Shown in pieces: positions 1 to 12,940 of a stretch of DNA of 64,000 nt. The stretch's first letter is position 1; each line of letters begins with the position of its first letter. This DNA is from Octopus sinensis (Eukaryota). The position numbers were made by a program, and so were the translations under genes. The notes under the pieces were generated by a model. That model was given only the letters and a program-made list of their open reading frames with translations, searched no databases and had not been told where the DNA came from. The stretch spans positions 65,782,001-65,846,000 of the forward strand of contig NC_043004.1 of assembly GCF_006345805.1 (NCBI RefSeq), in the 5' to 3' direction.

Positions 1-896
1 TATTTTGAAATAGGCATATCTAGGCTACAAAGCAATGTATTACATTCTTCTGATGCGTTTTTCTGCCTCTCAAGAATTGTTGAGGTAGAGTAGAGCAACG
101 TCTCTGTGAATACCTGGTTATCAGTAAGGAAGTACTTTCTGAGAAGCACCTATCCACTTTTTATGACGTTATTCATTTCACGTATGCAACTTGATATATG
201 GAACAACTCTGAGTGTCTTTTGTAGATGATGTAAGATAGTTCGCTTTTATGTTAAAATTTTGATGTTAAAATTTTGTAGATATTGTAAGATAGTTCCCTT
301 TGATGTAAAAATTTGGATCAATAATGTTGGGGCATAAGTATCAAAGACCGCAATTTTCTTCGTATAAGAATTTAGGACACTCAAGTGTCCTAAATCAATA
401 TACGAATCGTGGGAGAGCAAAGATGTCGCAGAAGGTTCTGGGGAGAATATTTACTTTTTCCTGGTGATACCATTTATATGGAAGAGATCGATAGAAATAT
501 TGTTGCATTTTTACATGAAATTTTGCGGAATTTTATTACTTATCTGTTAACTAAGATTCCCGATTGATAGGGATAAATATTTTTATACCAAAATTAAAAA
601 TATGAAAGTGTTTTCTTAAAATTAAAAACAATATTCCATTAATGCTGACACAAGTGTAATAGGAGATAATGCATTGCACAACAAATAAACGCTATCATTG
701 TGGCCATACTTACATAGATCAAAAGATCATTCAGACATTGATGTGATGGTTGCCTACATGATGGTAACGTTAAAACTTAAATTTACATTAAGGTCCTCTG
801 TTGGCTTTTAAATAATAGATAACTCTCTGCCCTCTCTATATATGCATACACACACAAGCACTTACACATAGAATATACACACATGCACATACACAT

Positions 897-903
897 CTCT
901 GTC

Positions 904-951
<48 letters not shown>

Positions 952-973
952 TCTATCTATTTATCTGTATACA

Positions 974-1058
<85 letters not shown>
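897..1058. repeat. Compound microsatellite (TCTG)n-(TCTA)n-(TA)n-(TG)n
   Basis: Direct reading; it generates the ORFs at 883, 953 and 1007. Confidence 0.95.
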
Positions 1059-1062
1059 ATTG

Positions 1063-1188
1063 TGAAGGTGCGTGCACAAGTGGTTACGTCGTTGCACTCA
1101 TGATCGGTAGATCGTGGGTTCGATTCACTGATTGTGCGGCGCGCTGCGTTCTTGAGCACGACGCTTTATTTCACGTTGCTGCAGTCCC
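1063..1188 (+). mobile_element. Degenerate tRNA-derived SINE head (family D)
   Basis: B-box-like GGTTCGATTC at 1117-1126, followed by 'cttgagcacgacgctttatttcacgttgct', which matches the copies at 25367 (+), 21080 (-) and 12370 (-). Confidence 0.6.
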
Positions 1189-1272
1189 TCTTTTGATCAG
1201 AGAGGAATGTTGGTCTGTTTGCAAAACTAATAGGGTGGTGTTATTTGAATGTTAAAATATGCAAAAAGCGCG

Positions 1273-2551
1273 TTGGGTTGGCAAGAAAGTAATTTCGGTT
1301 TTTTTGTGTGACAAAAGTAATTTTTTATTTTCATACGAAGAATGAACTTTAAACAATTATGTATTTTTCATTTTCTTCGATGACCTTTTGCCATCTTTCT
1401 GGCAACTGCATGATTCCGCGCTGATAGGACTTCTGGTCCTTATCAGCCAAAACCTGAAGCAAGTGCAATTTCAGGTCATCATAAAAAATGAAAGATTTAC
1501 TATTCAAAGAATTTTGCAAACTTCGAAATAATTGATTATCTGATAGGGTAAGGACAGGGCTATATGGTGAAAATATCAACACCTCTCAACCAACCCCAGT
1601 AATTTTCATGAGTTAGCAAAGACATGGATGGTCTAGCATTGTCATGGTGGAACACGATTCCTTTACGATTTATCAATTCTGTCCGTTGTTCTTTTATTGC
1701 TTCCTCCAGTTTCGTTAGTTGTTGACAGTAAATATCTCAATTGTTAGTTTGGTTCCTTGGAAGCAGCTCAAAATATACAACAGATTTGTAATCTCACCAA
1801 ATTAACAACATGATTTATTTTTATGCAATTCAGGTTTCAATGTGGATTGTGCTAGTTCATTACGCTTGGACCATGATTATTTTCGATTGATGTTCTTGTA
1901 GACAATCCATTTATCATCACCAGTGAGGATTCATTAAAAAAAGTCGATTTAATTGCATTTGAGGTGCATATCACAAATATTGATTGGTTGCTCTAAGTGA
2001 ATCTCTTTCTATTTATGTGGAACCTAAATATTGAGCTTCTAAACGAGTCCAAGACATTTTAAATGATTTTCAATTGTTGTGTGAGATACATTTAACCTCT
2101 CTGCAAACTCTTGCAAAGTTATATGAGAATTAGATTCAATTATAGATTCGATTCGGTCAACATCATCTTCAGTAGGTCGAACCGAACGTTGGTTATCTTC
2201 GAGTGGCAAGAATCCAGAAAGGAATTTTTAAAACCGTTTCTGACATGCGCATTCTGTTAAGCAATCAACACCATAAACTTCACGTATCTCCTTGTGAATC
2301 GCAGCAGCTTTCTTACTTTTATGGAAATAATGAAGCAAAATATTGCAAAAATGCTCCTTTTTGCACTCCATGTTAAAATTATCACAGACCTAACAGATGT
2401 TAAGAAAATTATGCTCAATTTGCATCTAAAGTAAGCTAAAAGAAACAGCTATGAAGTGTCAAAAAGAAAAAAATTTATAACATTGACAAAAGTCATTCAA
2501 AAAATCGTAAGTCTATTTGTGAAAAGCAAAATTACTTACTTGCCAGCCCAG
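1273..2551 (-). mobile_element. Full-length decayed mariner transposon (about 1.28 kb)
   Basis: Imperfect TIRs ttgggttggcaagaaagtaatt (1273) and aattacttacttgccagcccag (to 2551), with TA after the right end. The size is typical of mariner and transposase remnants lie inside. Confidence 0.9.
1349..2371 (-). pseudogene. Mariner transposase pseudogene
   Basis: N-terminus read from ATG at 2371: MECKKEHFCNILLHYFHKSKKAAAIHKEIREVYGVDCLTE. C-terminus in ORF 1349-1582: LFRSLQNSLN...GIMQLPERWQKVIEENEKYII. Stops and frameshifts lie in between. Confidence 0.9.
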
Positions 2552-2552
2552 T

Positions 2553-2619
2553 ATATACATACACACATACAAACATATATATAAATGTGTATGTGTCTTT
2601 GTGCATGGGTGCATGTCTT

Positions 2620-2662
<43 letters not shown>

Positions 2663-2772
2663 ATATATTTGTATTATATATATACATACTGGTATTATAA
2701 ATATATATAAAGTTTATATATATATGTGTATATATACATACATATATGTACATAGTTATATATATATGCATG

Positions 2773-2830
<58 letters not shown>

Positions 2831-2885
2831 GTGTGGTGCGTGTGTGTGTGTGTTTGTATATATATATATATATACATATATGGAT
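2553..2885. repeat. Degenerate (TA)n/(TG)n microsatellite
   Basis: Direct reading. Confidence 0.9.
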
Positions 2886-2892
2886 ATATGTG

Positions 2893-3108
2893 TACAGGAT
2901 GTCACAAAACGTAAACAACATGAAATACGAAGACAAACTCAGGTATGCAAGCAACGAGAGAAACAGCTGAAATAGATGGACAGCAGACAACAGATGAAGG
3001 GTCTTTATTTATGTTGCTCGCCTTGTTTTCCAAATTGTTTCTCTCGTTGTTCGCATACCCAATTTTGTCTTCGTATTTCATATTGTTTACTTTTTGCGAC
3101 ATCCTATA
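2893..3108. repeat. Fold-back element with 73 bp imperfect inverted arms (2893-2965, 3036-3108)
   Basis: Left arm tacaggatgtcacaaaacgtaaacaacatgaaatacgaagacaaa...gagagaaaca matches the reverse complement of the right arm with scattered mismatches. Flanked by TA-rich repeats. Confidence 0.85.
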
Positions 3109-3159
3109 CCATATATGCATATATACACATATGTAAGTAAGTATGTACATATATGTATA

Positions 3160-3209
<50 letters not shown>

Positions 3210-3559
3210 TGTGTGGGTAAATATATATATTTATATATCCACATGAGTCAGGCATCTTTGTCTTTGCTATCAAAAGTTTACTGCTGTAATACTTACTGGA
3301 AGACTGATATCTTGAAGAATAAATACTCTGACGATTTTCATATTTTTAATAATCTCTTTGTCAATAAAACTTCAGAAGCCAAAAAACAAAATCGAAATGT
3401 ATCAATAATGAAGACTATTGATGACATATTTATGCCATTTTATATTTCTATATAATTTGATATTATACATTTAAAAAAAAAAAATTGTCTGAAAAGTAAT
3501 TCACCTCATATGTCTGTAAATGCATATATTTATTGATATACGTGTACGAACGAACACAG

Positions 3560-3575
3560 ATATGCATATACATTC

Positions 3576-3619
<44 letters not shown>

Positions 3620-3938
3620 TATGTGTGTGTGTGTTTGTGTGTATGTGTGTGTGTGTTTGTGTGTGTCTGTGTCTGTGTATGTATGTGTTTGTTTATGTGT
3701 GTGTATACATATATATACGTATATTTATATATCCATATGCATATATGTATGTGTGTATATATATGCAAATATGTATATATATATATATATATGTGTGTGT
3801 GTATATATATGTATATATATGTGTGTGTGTGTATATATACATATATATGTATATATATATATGCATATATATATATATGTATATATATATATATGTATAT
3901 ATTATATATATATTATATATATATATATATATATAATA

Positions 3939-3969
<31 letters not shown>

Positions 3970-4020
3970 ATATATACGTATGTGTATATAGCAAATTTAT
4001 GCGTATTTGTATGTATGCTT
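3560..4020. repeat. Compound (TA)n/(TG)n microsatellite field
   Basis: Direct reading. Confidence 0.9.
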
Positions 4021-4672
4021 ATATACATATCTACCAATTAATATACGTACAAGACATTTCTATACACATACATACACTTATTCGTACAACCATACAAAAT
4101 ACAAATACTTACGTAGGTGTACAGACTCGTACCCCCACACACTCACACACCCATATATACCCATACATCTACATGTACGTATAGAGACGTCGGAGAAGAA
4201 ATATAGCATTATGTTGTCAAATAATTATTTGATACATTATACAGCTGATTGATGATGTTTCGTACGAAAATGACAAACTAGATTTGCAGAAGTCTGTGAT
4301 TGTCTCTCTTCCAATAAGCCGATATCTGTCACAATTCTAAAATATGTCAGAGGGAGTTCAACTTCTCACTTGATGTATGGATTAAGGTCACCGATTCGTA
4401 TTCATACACTACCGCGTCCTGTCTTCTCTGTGTCTCGCTCTCCGTACGTCTGGCTCACGTTTCTGCCATGTGCTACTTCGTTCGCGAATTATATATATCC
4501 ACTTTCAGGCAGGTATGTATTCATGGACCTATGAATGCGTGCAAGTATTATGCATGCATGGATTCATGCATACATATACACGCATGCATATATATTTATC
4601 CAGGTACATATGCGATATATAGACACATATATATATATATATATATGTGTGTGTATGTGTATGTATGTACAC

Positions 4673-4723
<51 letters not shown>

Positions 4724-4785
4724 TATGTACATACATACATACATACACACACACACGTATATATATGTACATACATACATACATA

Positions 4786-5776
4786 CAGCAACATAAAAAT
4801 CTTTGCAGATGACTCCAAGCTACAGAAGGTCATAAATGAGGCGAGTGACCGGACATGCCTTCAGTCAGATCTACTGGCTGTTATCCAATGGGCAGAAAAA
4901 AACAATATGCTGCTGAACGAGGATAAATTTGAGCTAATCCACTTTGGAAAAGAGGATGCCCTGAAACTCCCATACTCCCTTCCTTCAGGTGAAACTCTCG
5001 CGGCGTCCAACAACATCAGAGACTTGGGAGTAATTGTGGACAACAACGTAAGCTGGGCCACTCATATAAACACCAAAGTTGACATGGCCCGCAGAATGTG
5101 TTCCTGGATTCTCAGAACTTTCCAGTCGAGAGATATCCACACCATTATCCTTCTCTTCTCCACTTTTGCCCGACCCCACCTTGAATACTGTTGTCCACTG
5201 TGGTCTCCCCACACAATACAAGGTATCATAAAAGTTGAAGCACCTCAAAGGGCAATCACAAAAAAGATAGATGGCATGACAGGCCTCGACTATTGGGGTC
5301 GGCTAGAAAAGCTAAAACTCTATTCTCTCCAACGTCGTCGTGAGCGCTACATCATCTGCATGATGTGGAAAATATTCCATCAGCATTGCCCAAATGATGT
5401 TGGCATCACCTTTAAGGTACATCCAAGGCTTGGGCCCCGTGCCATCCGCCCAAAACAAAAATCGCAGTCTCATCTCATAACAACAATACGGCACAATTAT
5501 TTCACCTCAATTGGCCCCGCTCTCTTTAACATTACACCAAAACACATTAAAGCAGAAACTGACCCTATAGGGTTCAAGAAGTCTTTGGACAGATTCCTTC
5601 AAGAAATCCCGGATAAACCCCCTACACCCGGATATGTCTCTGTAAACAATAACTCTCTACTTGAGTGGGCCATAGTGCCCAAATTCTGACTTGAAAGACT
5701 TCACCAGGTGGTGCTATTAAGTTAGACATGGCCTGGGCCAATAATGGCCGAAACCTATCAAAGTATCAAAGTATCA
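4786..5776 (+). mobile_element. 5'-truncated CR1/L2-like LINE: RT C-terminal half, 3' UTR and tandem tail
   Basis: Uninterrupted frame [10 protein letters not shown]...IRDLGVIVD...RPHLEYCCPLWSP...LYSLQRRRERY...KKSLDRFLQEIPD to the stop at 5689. The 3' end has the hairpin ggcca-ataa-tggcc, then gaaac and a (TATCAAAG)n tail. Both flanks are (TACA)n. Confidence 0.92.
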
Positions 5777-5817
5777 TACATACATACATACATATATATA
5801 ATATATATATATATGTT

Positions 5818-6270
5818 AATAAAATAGAACATATGCATATATATAAACATATATGTACGTACCTACCTCTACATGTACATATACACGCAGATATGTGTAC
5901 AGGACACCAAAAAGACGTCGAACACATAGAGAGACGAAAAACATAGACACAAACCAAGGAACAAGACAAGCAAAAAAAGGAGATACAGGACAATAAGCAC
6001 AACGAAAAATCCCTTCTTCAGTCGCTAAGGTTTCATCTACTAAACGTTTCGAAGGATAAAAGCGAGACGTATACTTCGAAGAAAACTTCCTTCCCGCGAA
6101 AAGCAAATCAATTAAAATTCTGAGATCTTTTCGCAGAGGGGTAAAAAAAAGCAAGACGGTAACGACAGTACAAACATATAAACAGTAAAAAATATATATA
6201 TAAACAGTGGAAAAATAAATATATAACAGTGAGAGACAGGACAAGGAGAACAAGATAAGAAGGGCTGTTA
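5818..6270 (+). repeat. Unclassified interspersed repeat family E, copy 1
   Basis: Colinear with the reverse complement of 23473-23910. Shared blocks: cctctacatgta, tgtacaggacaccaaaaa, cccttcttcagtcgc, cgtttcgaagg, gaagggctgtta. Confidence 0.8.
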
Positions 6271-6915
6271 TATATATATATATGCTTATAAATGTATTTG
6301 TACATATCCATACCTTGTTTCGTCATTCATATCTCTGGTCTCCCTCTCTCTTTCATGTCTCACTCTCCCCTCTCTCTATATATATGTATACATGTACATA
6401 TATTTACATGAGCGCGTGTGCGTATGTCTACGTATGTATGAGTATGCGTGTACTCGTGTGCGTACGTATGTATCAATGTGTTCTCTATATACAAAAATGT
6501 CTCCACATATTTTCATGCAAGTGTGCTATCTGTAACTTGGGGATAATCAACATCGCTCGACCTGGTACACTATGTATATTGTTAAAAGAAAAAAATATGT
6601 AGGTAATGCAATTTTATATTGTTCAGTCTACGTAACTAAAGGATTAAATTAATAGAGGCCAGGAGGAATACTTAGGAAAATAGTCATATAATTTACAACG
6701 AATATGACCGTTTGCAAAGAGTCCCTTTGTAGATTAACTCTATCACGAATGAGGACTCCGTTATCAAAGCTTGGTAAAGGTCATGAGGATGTCGATAGCA
6801 TTATGTTGGTTGTTTTGGGGGTACACATGTGCTATCGATCCCTTGTAGGAAATGAAGATTTCCTAATGCTATGGAAGTTCTGTGACGCTAATTTGCCTAT
6901 CGTATTCCAAATTTA

Positions 6916-7173
6916 GTGGAGGCACATGGCCTAGTGGTTAGAGCAGCGGAATCACAGTTGAGGGATCGCAGGTTCGAATCTCAGACCGGGCGATGTGTGT
7001 TTATGAGCAAAACACCTAAGCTCCACTCACCACAGCTTTCTCTCCCTCTTTCCTCTTGCATCTAGCGGCTGACCTGCGACGGACCGCGTCCCGTCCAGTT
7101 GGGAGACCTATACACCAATGAAACTGGGAAACCGGCCCTTATGAGCCAGGGATGGCTCGAGAAGAAATAAACA
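6916..7173 (+). mobile_element. tRNA-derived SINE, family A
   Basis: A-box-like tggcctagtggtt and B-box ggttcgaatc (6971). The 3' module ctgcgacggac...cccgtccag...gaaactgggaaaccggccc is shared with 25623 and 34257. Confidence 0.85.
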
Positions 7174-7872
7174 AAGCGAAAACATTACAAACTTAACGTT
7201 CAAGGATCTAGAAAGCTACCTCACCTCTTATTACACAGACAAACTCTGAGACAAATAGCAAAAAATTAGTTGAGAATACTAAGTCTTTCCGAAATGAAGA
7301 ATTTTATTACAACTAAACCAGACTTGTGAATCGCAACATCCCGATAAGAGTTGCATGAACATTAATCAGAAGAAAGAGACGTAGAACCCGATAAATCTTA
7401 CTTGCATTACCTAGAAACAAATAAATACTAAGTGACAGGTATGATGAATAATAGAGAAGAGATGCAGTATTACTATAAACATGAGAACTGGTTGTTAGTT
7501 TCCTAGTCGCTAATACTCTATGGTGCACGATTACAGGCGAGTAAAAGCTGATTTAGCGGTGGAATAGCGCAATGCATAGAGCTATTAAGCCTGCAAAATG
7601 CATGCTGGGAAGAATATAAGAATTAAGGGAATAGGTACAGATATCGGATAAGTAGACAGATTAAACGTGTCTCAGAGAGACACTTACGTACAACTTCAGA
7701 GAGGGAAGCTGATAGAAAGAGCTTTGACATTATTCTACGGCGAGAGGAGCGGAAGCAGTCGTAGTTATCCTCCATAGTTCCACAGGCTGAAATACGATTT
7801 GTCACGTTTATGTAACAGCGTTGTTCTCTATAAAGATATAGAAACGAAGAGCATTAATATAATATTTTACAT

Positions 7873-8284
7873 AGGCGTAGGAGTGGCTGTGTGGTAAGTA
7901 GCTTGCTTACCAACCACATGGTTCCGGGTTCAGTTCCACTGCGTGGCATCTTGGGCAAATGTCTTCTACTATAGCCCCGGGCCGACCAATGCCTTGTGAG
8001 TGGATTTGGTAGACGGAAACTGAAAGAAGCCTGTCGTATATATATATGTATGTATGCGTGTGTATATGTTTGTGTGTCTGTGTTTATCCCCCTAGCATTG
8101 CTTGACAACCGATGCTGGTGTGTTTACGTCCCCGTAACTTAGCGGTTCGGCAAAAGAGGCCGATAGAATAAGTACTGGGCTTACAAAGAATAAGTCCCGG
8201 GGTCGATTTGCTCGACTAAGGGCGGTGCTCCAGCTTGGCCGCAGTCAAAATGACTGAAACAAGTAAAAGAGTAAAAGAGTAAGT
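7873..8284 (+). mobile_element. tRNA-derived SINE, family B, complete copy with internal microsatellite
   Basis: Head aggcgtaggagtggctgtgtggtaag, CORE-like cttgggcaaatgtcttctactatagcc, internal (TA)n/(TG)n, 3' hairpin cagtca-aaa-tgactg and (GTAAAAGA)n tail. More than 10 related copies lie in the window. Confidence 0.9.
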
Positions 8285-8710
8285 ATATATGAATATATCT
8301 CAATCAGCGATGTAATAAACGACGAGAAATAGGTCAAGTAGGGCATATGCATTCATAGATAAATAAAGGTCGGCCTGCTTAAGTACTATTCCGAAAAAAA
8401 TGCTCAATTTAATGAAATTTCTCTCGTTTTAAGAGAGGGAGAGAGAAGTAATATTTAACATTTAAGGCCAACATCTCTCAAACTAATGGAGAAAAAACTT
8501 CTAGAAATAAAGAATTGATTTTATAAAATCTATTTTATATAATTAAGGGAAAGGTTAATTAATTGCGATGTTTTTTGCAGATGTCATTCTGTTCATCAAA
8601 GCTGAATTCATTTATTGAAATAACAGTTGTCTTCTTGGGTTAATTATCTGAAAGTGTATATATATTTCATGTATTTTTATACATGCATGCATACATACAT
8701 ATATTACTGC

Positions 8711-8933
8711 TTTACTCTTTTACTTGCTTCGGTCATTTGACTGCGGTCATGCTGGAGCGCCGCCTTTAGTCGAGCAAATCGACATACGGACTTATTCTTT
8801 GTAAGCCTAGTACTTATTCTATCGGTCTTTTTTTGCCGAACCGATAAGTTACGGGGACGGAAACACACCAGCATCGGTTGTCCAGCAATGTTGGGAGTAC
8901 AAGCACAGACACACAAACATATACACACACACA

Positions 8934-8987
<54 letters not shown>

Positions 8988-9156
8988 ATATATTCATATA
9001 TACGACAGGCTTCTTTCAATTTCCGTCTACCAAATCAACTCACAAGGCCCGAGGCTATAGTAGAAGATACTGGCCCAATGTGCCAGGCAGTGGGACTGAA
9101 CCCGGAACCATGTGATTGGTAAGCAGGCTACTTACCACACAGCCACTCCTAAGCCT
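8711..9156 (-). mobile_element. SINE family B
   Basis: Reverse complement of the 7873 copy, including the internal microsatellite. Confidence 0.9.
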
Positions 9157-9259
9157 ATGTATATATATATATAGCATATATTTTTCACAAATTTAGTTAC
9201 ATACTCCATCCAACTGAAGGCTGAGGTAACGTGTTCAATACTCAATGTTTTCCAAATAT

Positions 9260-9463
9260 ATTATACAACTGTATATTTATATGTGTGTGTGTGTTTGCGT
9301 GTGTATACATGTATATACATATATATATATACATATATGTATATAGATTTATGTATAAATATATATATATATATGTATATATATACATATATATATATAT
9401 ATACACACACATATATATATATTTATATATATATACATATATATATGCATACACCGCCCACAT

Positions 9464-9515
<52 letters not shown>

Positions 9516-9598
9516 TATATATATATACACACACATATATATATATATACACACACATGTATTTATACATACATATATGCATGCATTCATACACACCC

Positions 9599-9629
<31 letters not shown>

Positions 9630-9640
9630 AATACATACAT
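9260..9640. repeat. Compound (TA)n/(CA)n microsatellite field
   Basis: Direct reading. Confidence 0.9.
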
Positions 9641-11021
9641 ACATATAAGTACATGCACAAACACTCTTTCGCATACACTTTGGCACATACGTATGCACTC
9701 ATATATATTATGCACGCGTTATACCCTCCCCCCCCCACACACAAAGATATGTTTGATTCTCACTCTCATACACGAGTCTATGTGTCTATATTACTTTCAT
9801 TTTCTCTCAAACGTAATATTTTATATTCCCCTTCATCAAACAAAATTGTGCTTCTTTCATCACTGACGTAAAATTCTAGAATCACTCCTCCATCTCTGAT
9901 GCTTTCTTTGAAGTTCTCTTTGACTGTATGACCGTCTATTTGTCTGTATGTCTGTTTGTCTCATCATCACTATACATCTCCCTCTCTCTCTCTCTGTTTT
10001 CTCTTTATGTATATACACATAGACGGAAAATATCTGACACTCTTTTTCCCTACATACTTCCATAAACTGTATATAGAGCAATATGCAAAGCCGTAAACGT
10101 TACGCGTCTACCGATAACTTGTTATTTAGACAAATACACAGGTCAATAGATAGACGGATGTGCATATATTATGCAATCGTGTGTGTATATCAAAAATATT
10201 GGCTGTTACAGACAAATATAGTGTATACACACACACCGCGCGCACATATATATTTGTATATATATATATATTTGTATATATATGTGTATGCATATATATA
10301 TGTGTGTTTGTGTATATGTATATTTATACATAAGCACACGTACACAAACTCATACACATACACATATATATATACACACACGTGCGTGTTTGTCATAGAA
10401 TTTCACCATTCTCGTTTATCGTTTGGAGACTGCATTTAGATTTATCTTGTTCATACTGAAAAATTTTTCAGAATATCTTGTTTTAGTTTGTTTTAAACAA
10501 CTTGGTTCTTCATCTGTGCTCCGTTGTTTCTGCAGTTTATTGAATTACAAAATAGTTTCTGTTGCTCCTGAAAAGTCACTGTGACGAACAAACAAACTGT
10601 TGTGTATATTTATTTCATACAAGATTCAGGAGACACTGTGTATATTATTTTCTTTTTTATGAAGGGTGTGTACTGTAGAGGCTGTGGGTTCTATTTCTTA
10701 ATGCCTTGGTTTTGATCTACAAACTGCCATCACAATTCTTAAGAATGTTGTTCACAAGTAACACTGCAATCTAAACAGGCTTCAACCGAACTCTTCAGCA
10801 TTGCTATTCTCTGTTTCAAACTTCGTGTTTGAAAGGTGAAACCCATGAGATGGGTTTTAAGATGAAAGCCGGTGAGATTCTCTAAACACCACTCAGCTAC
10901 TTGAAGTAAGTGAATGGCTTTCATTTGAAATAAACACCGTACGTACACGACAATGTATTGCTAAAAACGCACACACACACATATATATATGTCTTTATGT
11001 AACACCATATATATATATATA

Positions 11022-11084
<63 letters not shown>

Positions 11085-12369
11085 TACATACATATATATA
11101 TATGCATATATATATTTATATACATATATGTTAATGTCTATATCTATCTCTCTATATATATATATACGCGCACACTATATATATACACACAGAATAATCC
11201 TAAATTATCTGTATTTTAATTTTTATCTAGGTAGTTGAGGTTCGAATTCCTTTGAACGTAGCTATCTTCATGTGAAATGTTATCAATAAGAAGTAAAAAT
11301 CCTCCCCCAAGGCCGTCAAGTTGATAATGAATCTCCTGAATATGCGCTGAAATTATTGTAAATTGCTAAGAACGCCAACAACTTTAACGGAGAAATCAAA
11401 TTCTGGAGGATAAAATAAACAATGAAAAGGGTAGTACCGTATAACAGTGTGAATGGAAGGAAGAATAAATAAATGTTTGGAAGATTTTGTACTATTTCAC
11501 GGAAGATAGCTGTATGCGTTTATAGAGAAACAACTGTGCTGAGTATTGACGGAATTGAAATTTGAATGATGGTTACTGGGTAAGAAGAATTGGTTATACA
11601 GTGCCGCCCAAATGTCGCTTGTGTGTTCAAGGAAGTAATTGTAGTAAGGGCTGTATGTATGCGTCTGAATATTTGTTTGTCTAAGAGTGGAGAACTAAAG
11701 CTTGTGAGGCGTTAATGACATGAGAGTGTCATCGTATGTAAATATGATATTGAAATTACAGAATGCTCTGAGATTAACATAATAAAGTTTGTGTAATGAC
11801 TAACCTAGTATCTATGGTGTTGTATTCCCCATTCGTAAGGTCACAGTTTTGATTCGCTGTCCAGGCGCATTTGCTTTCAAATCCATCTGTAAAAGAGTCC
11901 CGACAATATGTCATCCTATAACTCTACGGCGACCCAGCATTTCGTTTAGTGTTATAAACTTGCTTTTCGTGAGTATCTGTCCACTAGTCTATCTATTTTT
12001 CAATCCGATTTATGTTCCGGTTAAGCCTTAGAATCTGAGTTAAACTCCGATCTTTGGTGTCCTAGGTCACATGAAAACCCTAATGATTGTCATTTTGGCA
12101 CAATTTTATGCTGTTGGTATTGTAATATATTAAAGATCAATTTCTACGAGAACCAAATTATCCAGCAGTAAACAAGGCAATATGTATGTTTTGGATATGC
12201 GATAATAAGAGGGAAACGGGCAGGGTAACTCTTCTTTTCACCGGAAGCTAGTTTCGAAGAAAGCTACATTATTAATAAAACCTCAGTGATTGGTTTTTTT
12301 CGAAGCCGAAAATTAAATATTGATAAATGCTAAATCGTTTTGAAGGTTTCAGTAGTAGGGTTCTAATCA

Positions 12370-12608
12370 GTGGAATAGACTGCTCGTGAAATTAAGTGCA
12401 GGTAGCTGAGCACTCCACAGACATGTGTACCCTTAAAGTAGTTCTCAAACAGATTCAAAGAGTGTGACAGGGCTGACCCTTTGAAATACAGGAACTAGTA
12501 ATTTTTGCCAGCTGGGTGGACTAGAACAGCATGAAATAAAGTGTCTTGCTCAATGACAAAACGCATCGCCGGTAATAAAGTCCAACTTTACAATCGTCAG
12601 TCAAATAT
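12370..12608 (-). mobile_element. SINE family D (head plus distinct body)
   Basis: tgctcgtgaaattaagtgcaggtagctgagcactccacagacatgtgtaccctt is the reverse complement of 19331-19390. agctgggtggactag...aaataaagtgtcttgctcaa matches the D head. Confidence 0.75.
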
Positions 12609-12940
12609 GTGGTGGGGAAGAGATCCTAAAAAGCAAGTTTAATGTGTGAATAATGTGAACGGGCGCGAGGAATTGAAATGGAGGGCGACACGTTGAAATG
12701 ATTTATTGTTATCGAGTAGGAAATTCAGCAAAACTTTCCTTCAAAGATCGACTAAACTTTGAATTACCTCTTCTTTATATATACGAACCACAAAGTTGGC
12801 ACCTGATTGCAAAGATTACATTTAGAGATATAGATGAAGCAACGGAAAATAAAGTCAAGATATTATAGTATATTACAGTTCTCGATGAAAGAGAAGGTAT
12901 TATAATGTACGTATTATACAAAAAAATTATGCATTTTACA

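Noticed and set aside
4535-5689. 384 aa ORF as an intact gene
   Set aside because: The first roughly 85 aa are microsatellite translation that happens to be in frame with a 5'-truncated LINE RT; there is no evidence of a functional fusion.
6916-6990. tRNA genes at SINE heads (also 1063, 19109, 25367, 25623)
   Set aside because: A/B boxes are present, but there is no complete cloverleaf and each runs into SINE body sequence shared by many copies.
10811-10860. Hammerhead reading of ctgtttc-aaac...gaaa-cccat-gag-atggg-tt
   Set aside because: A stem III-like hairpin follows GAAA, but the CUGANGA core is absent.
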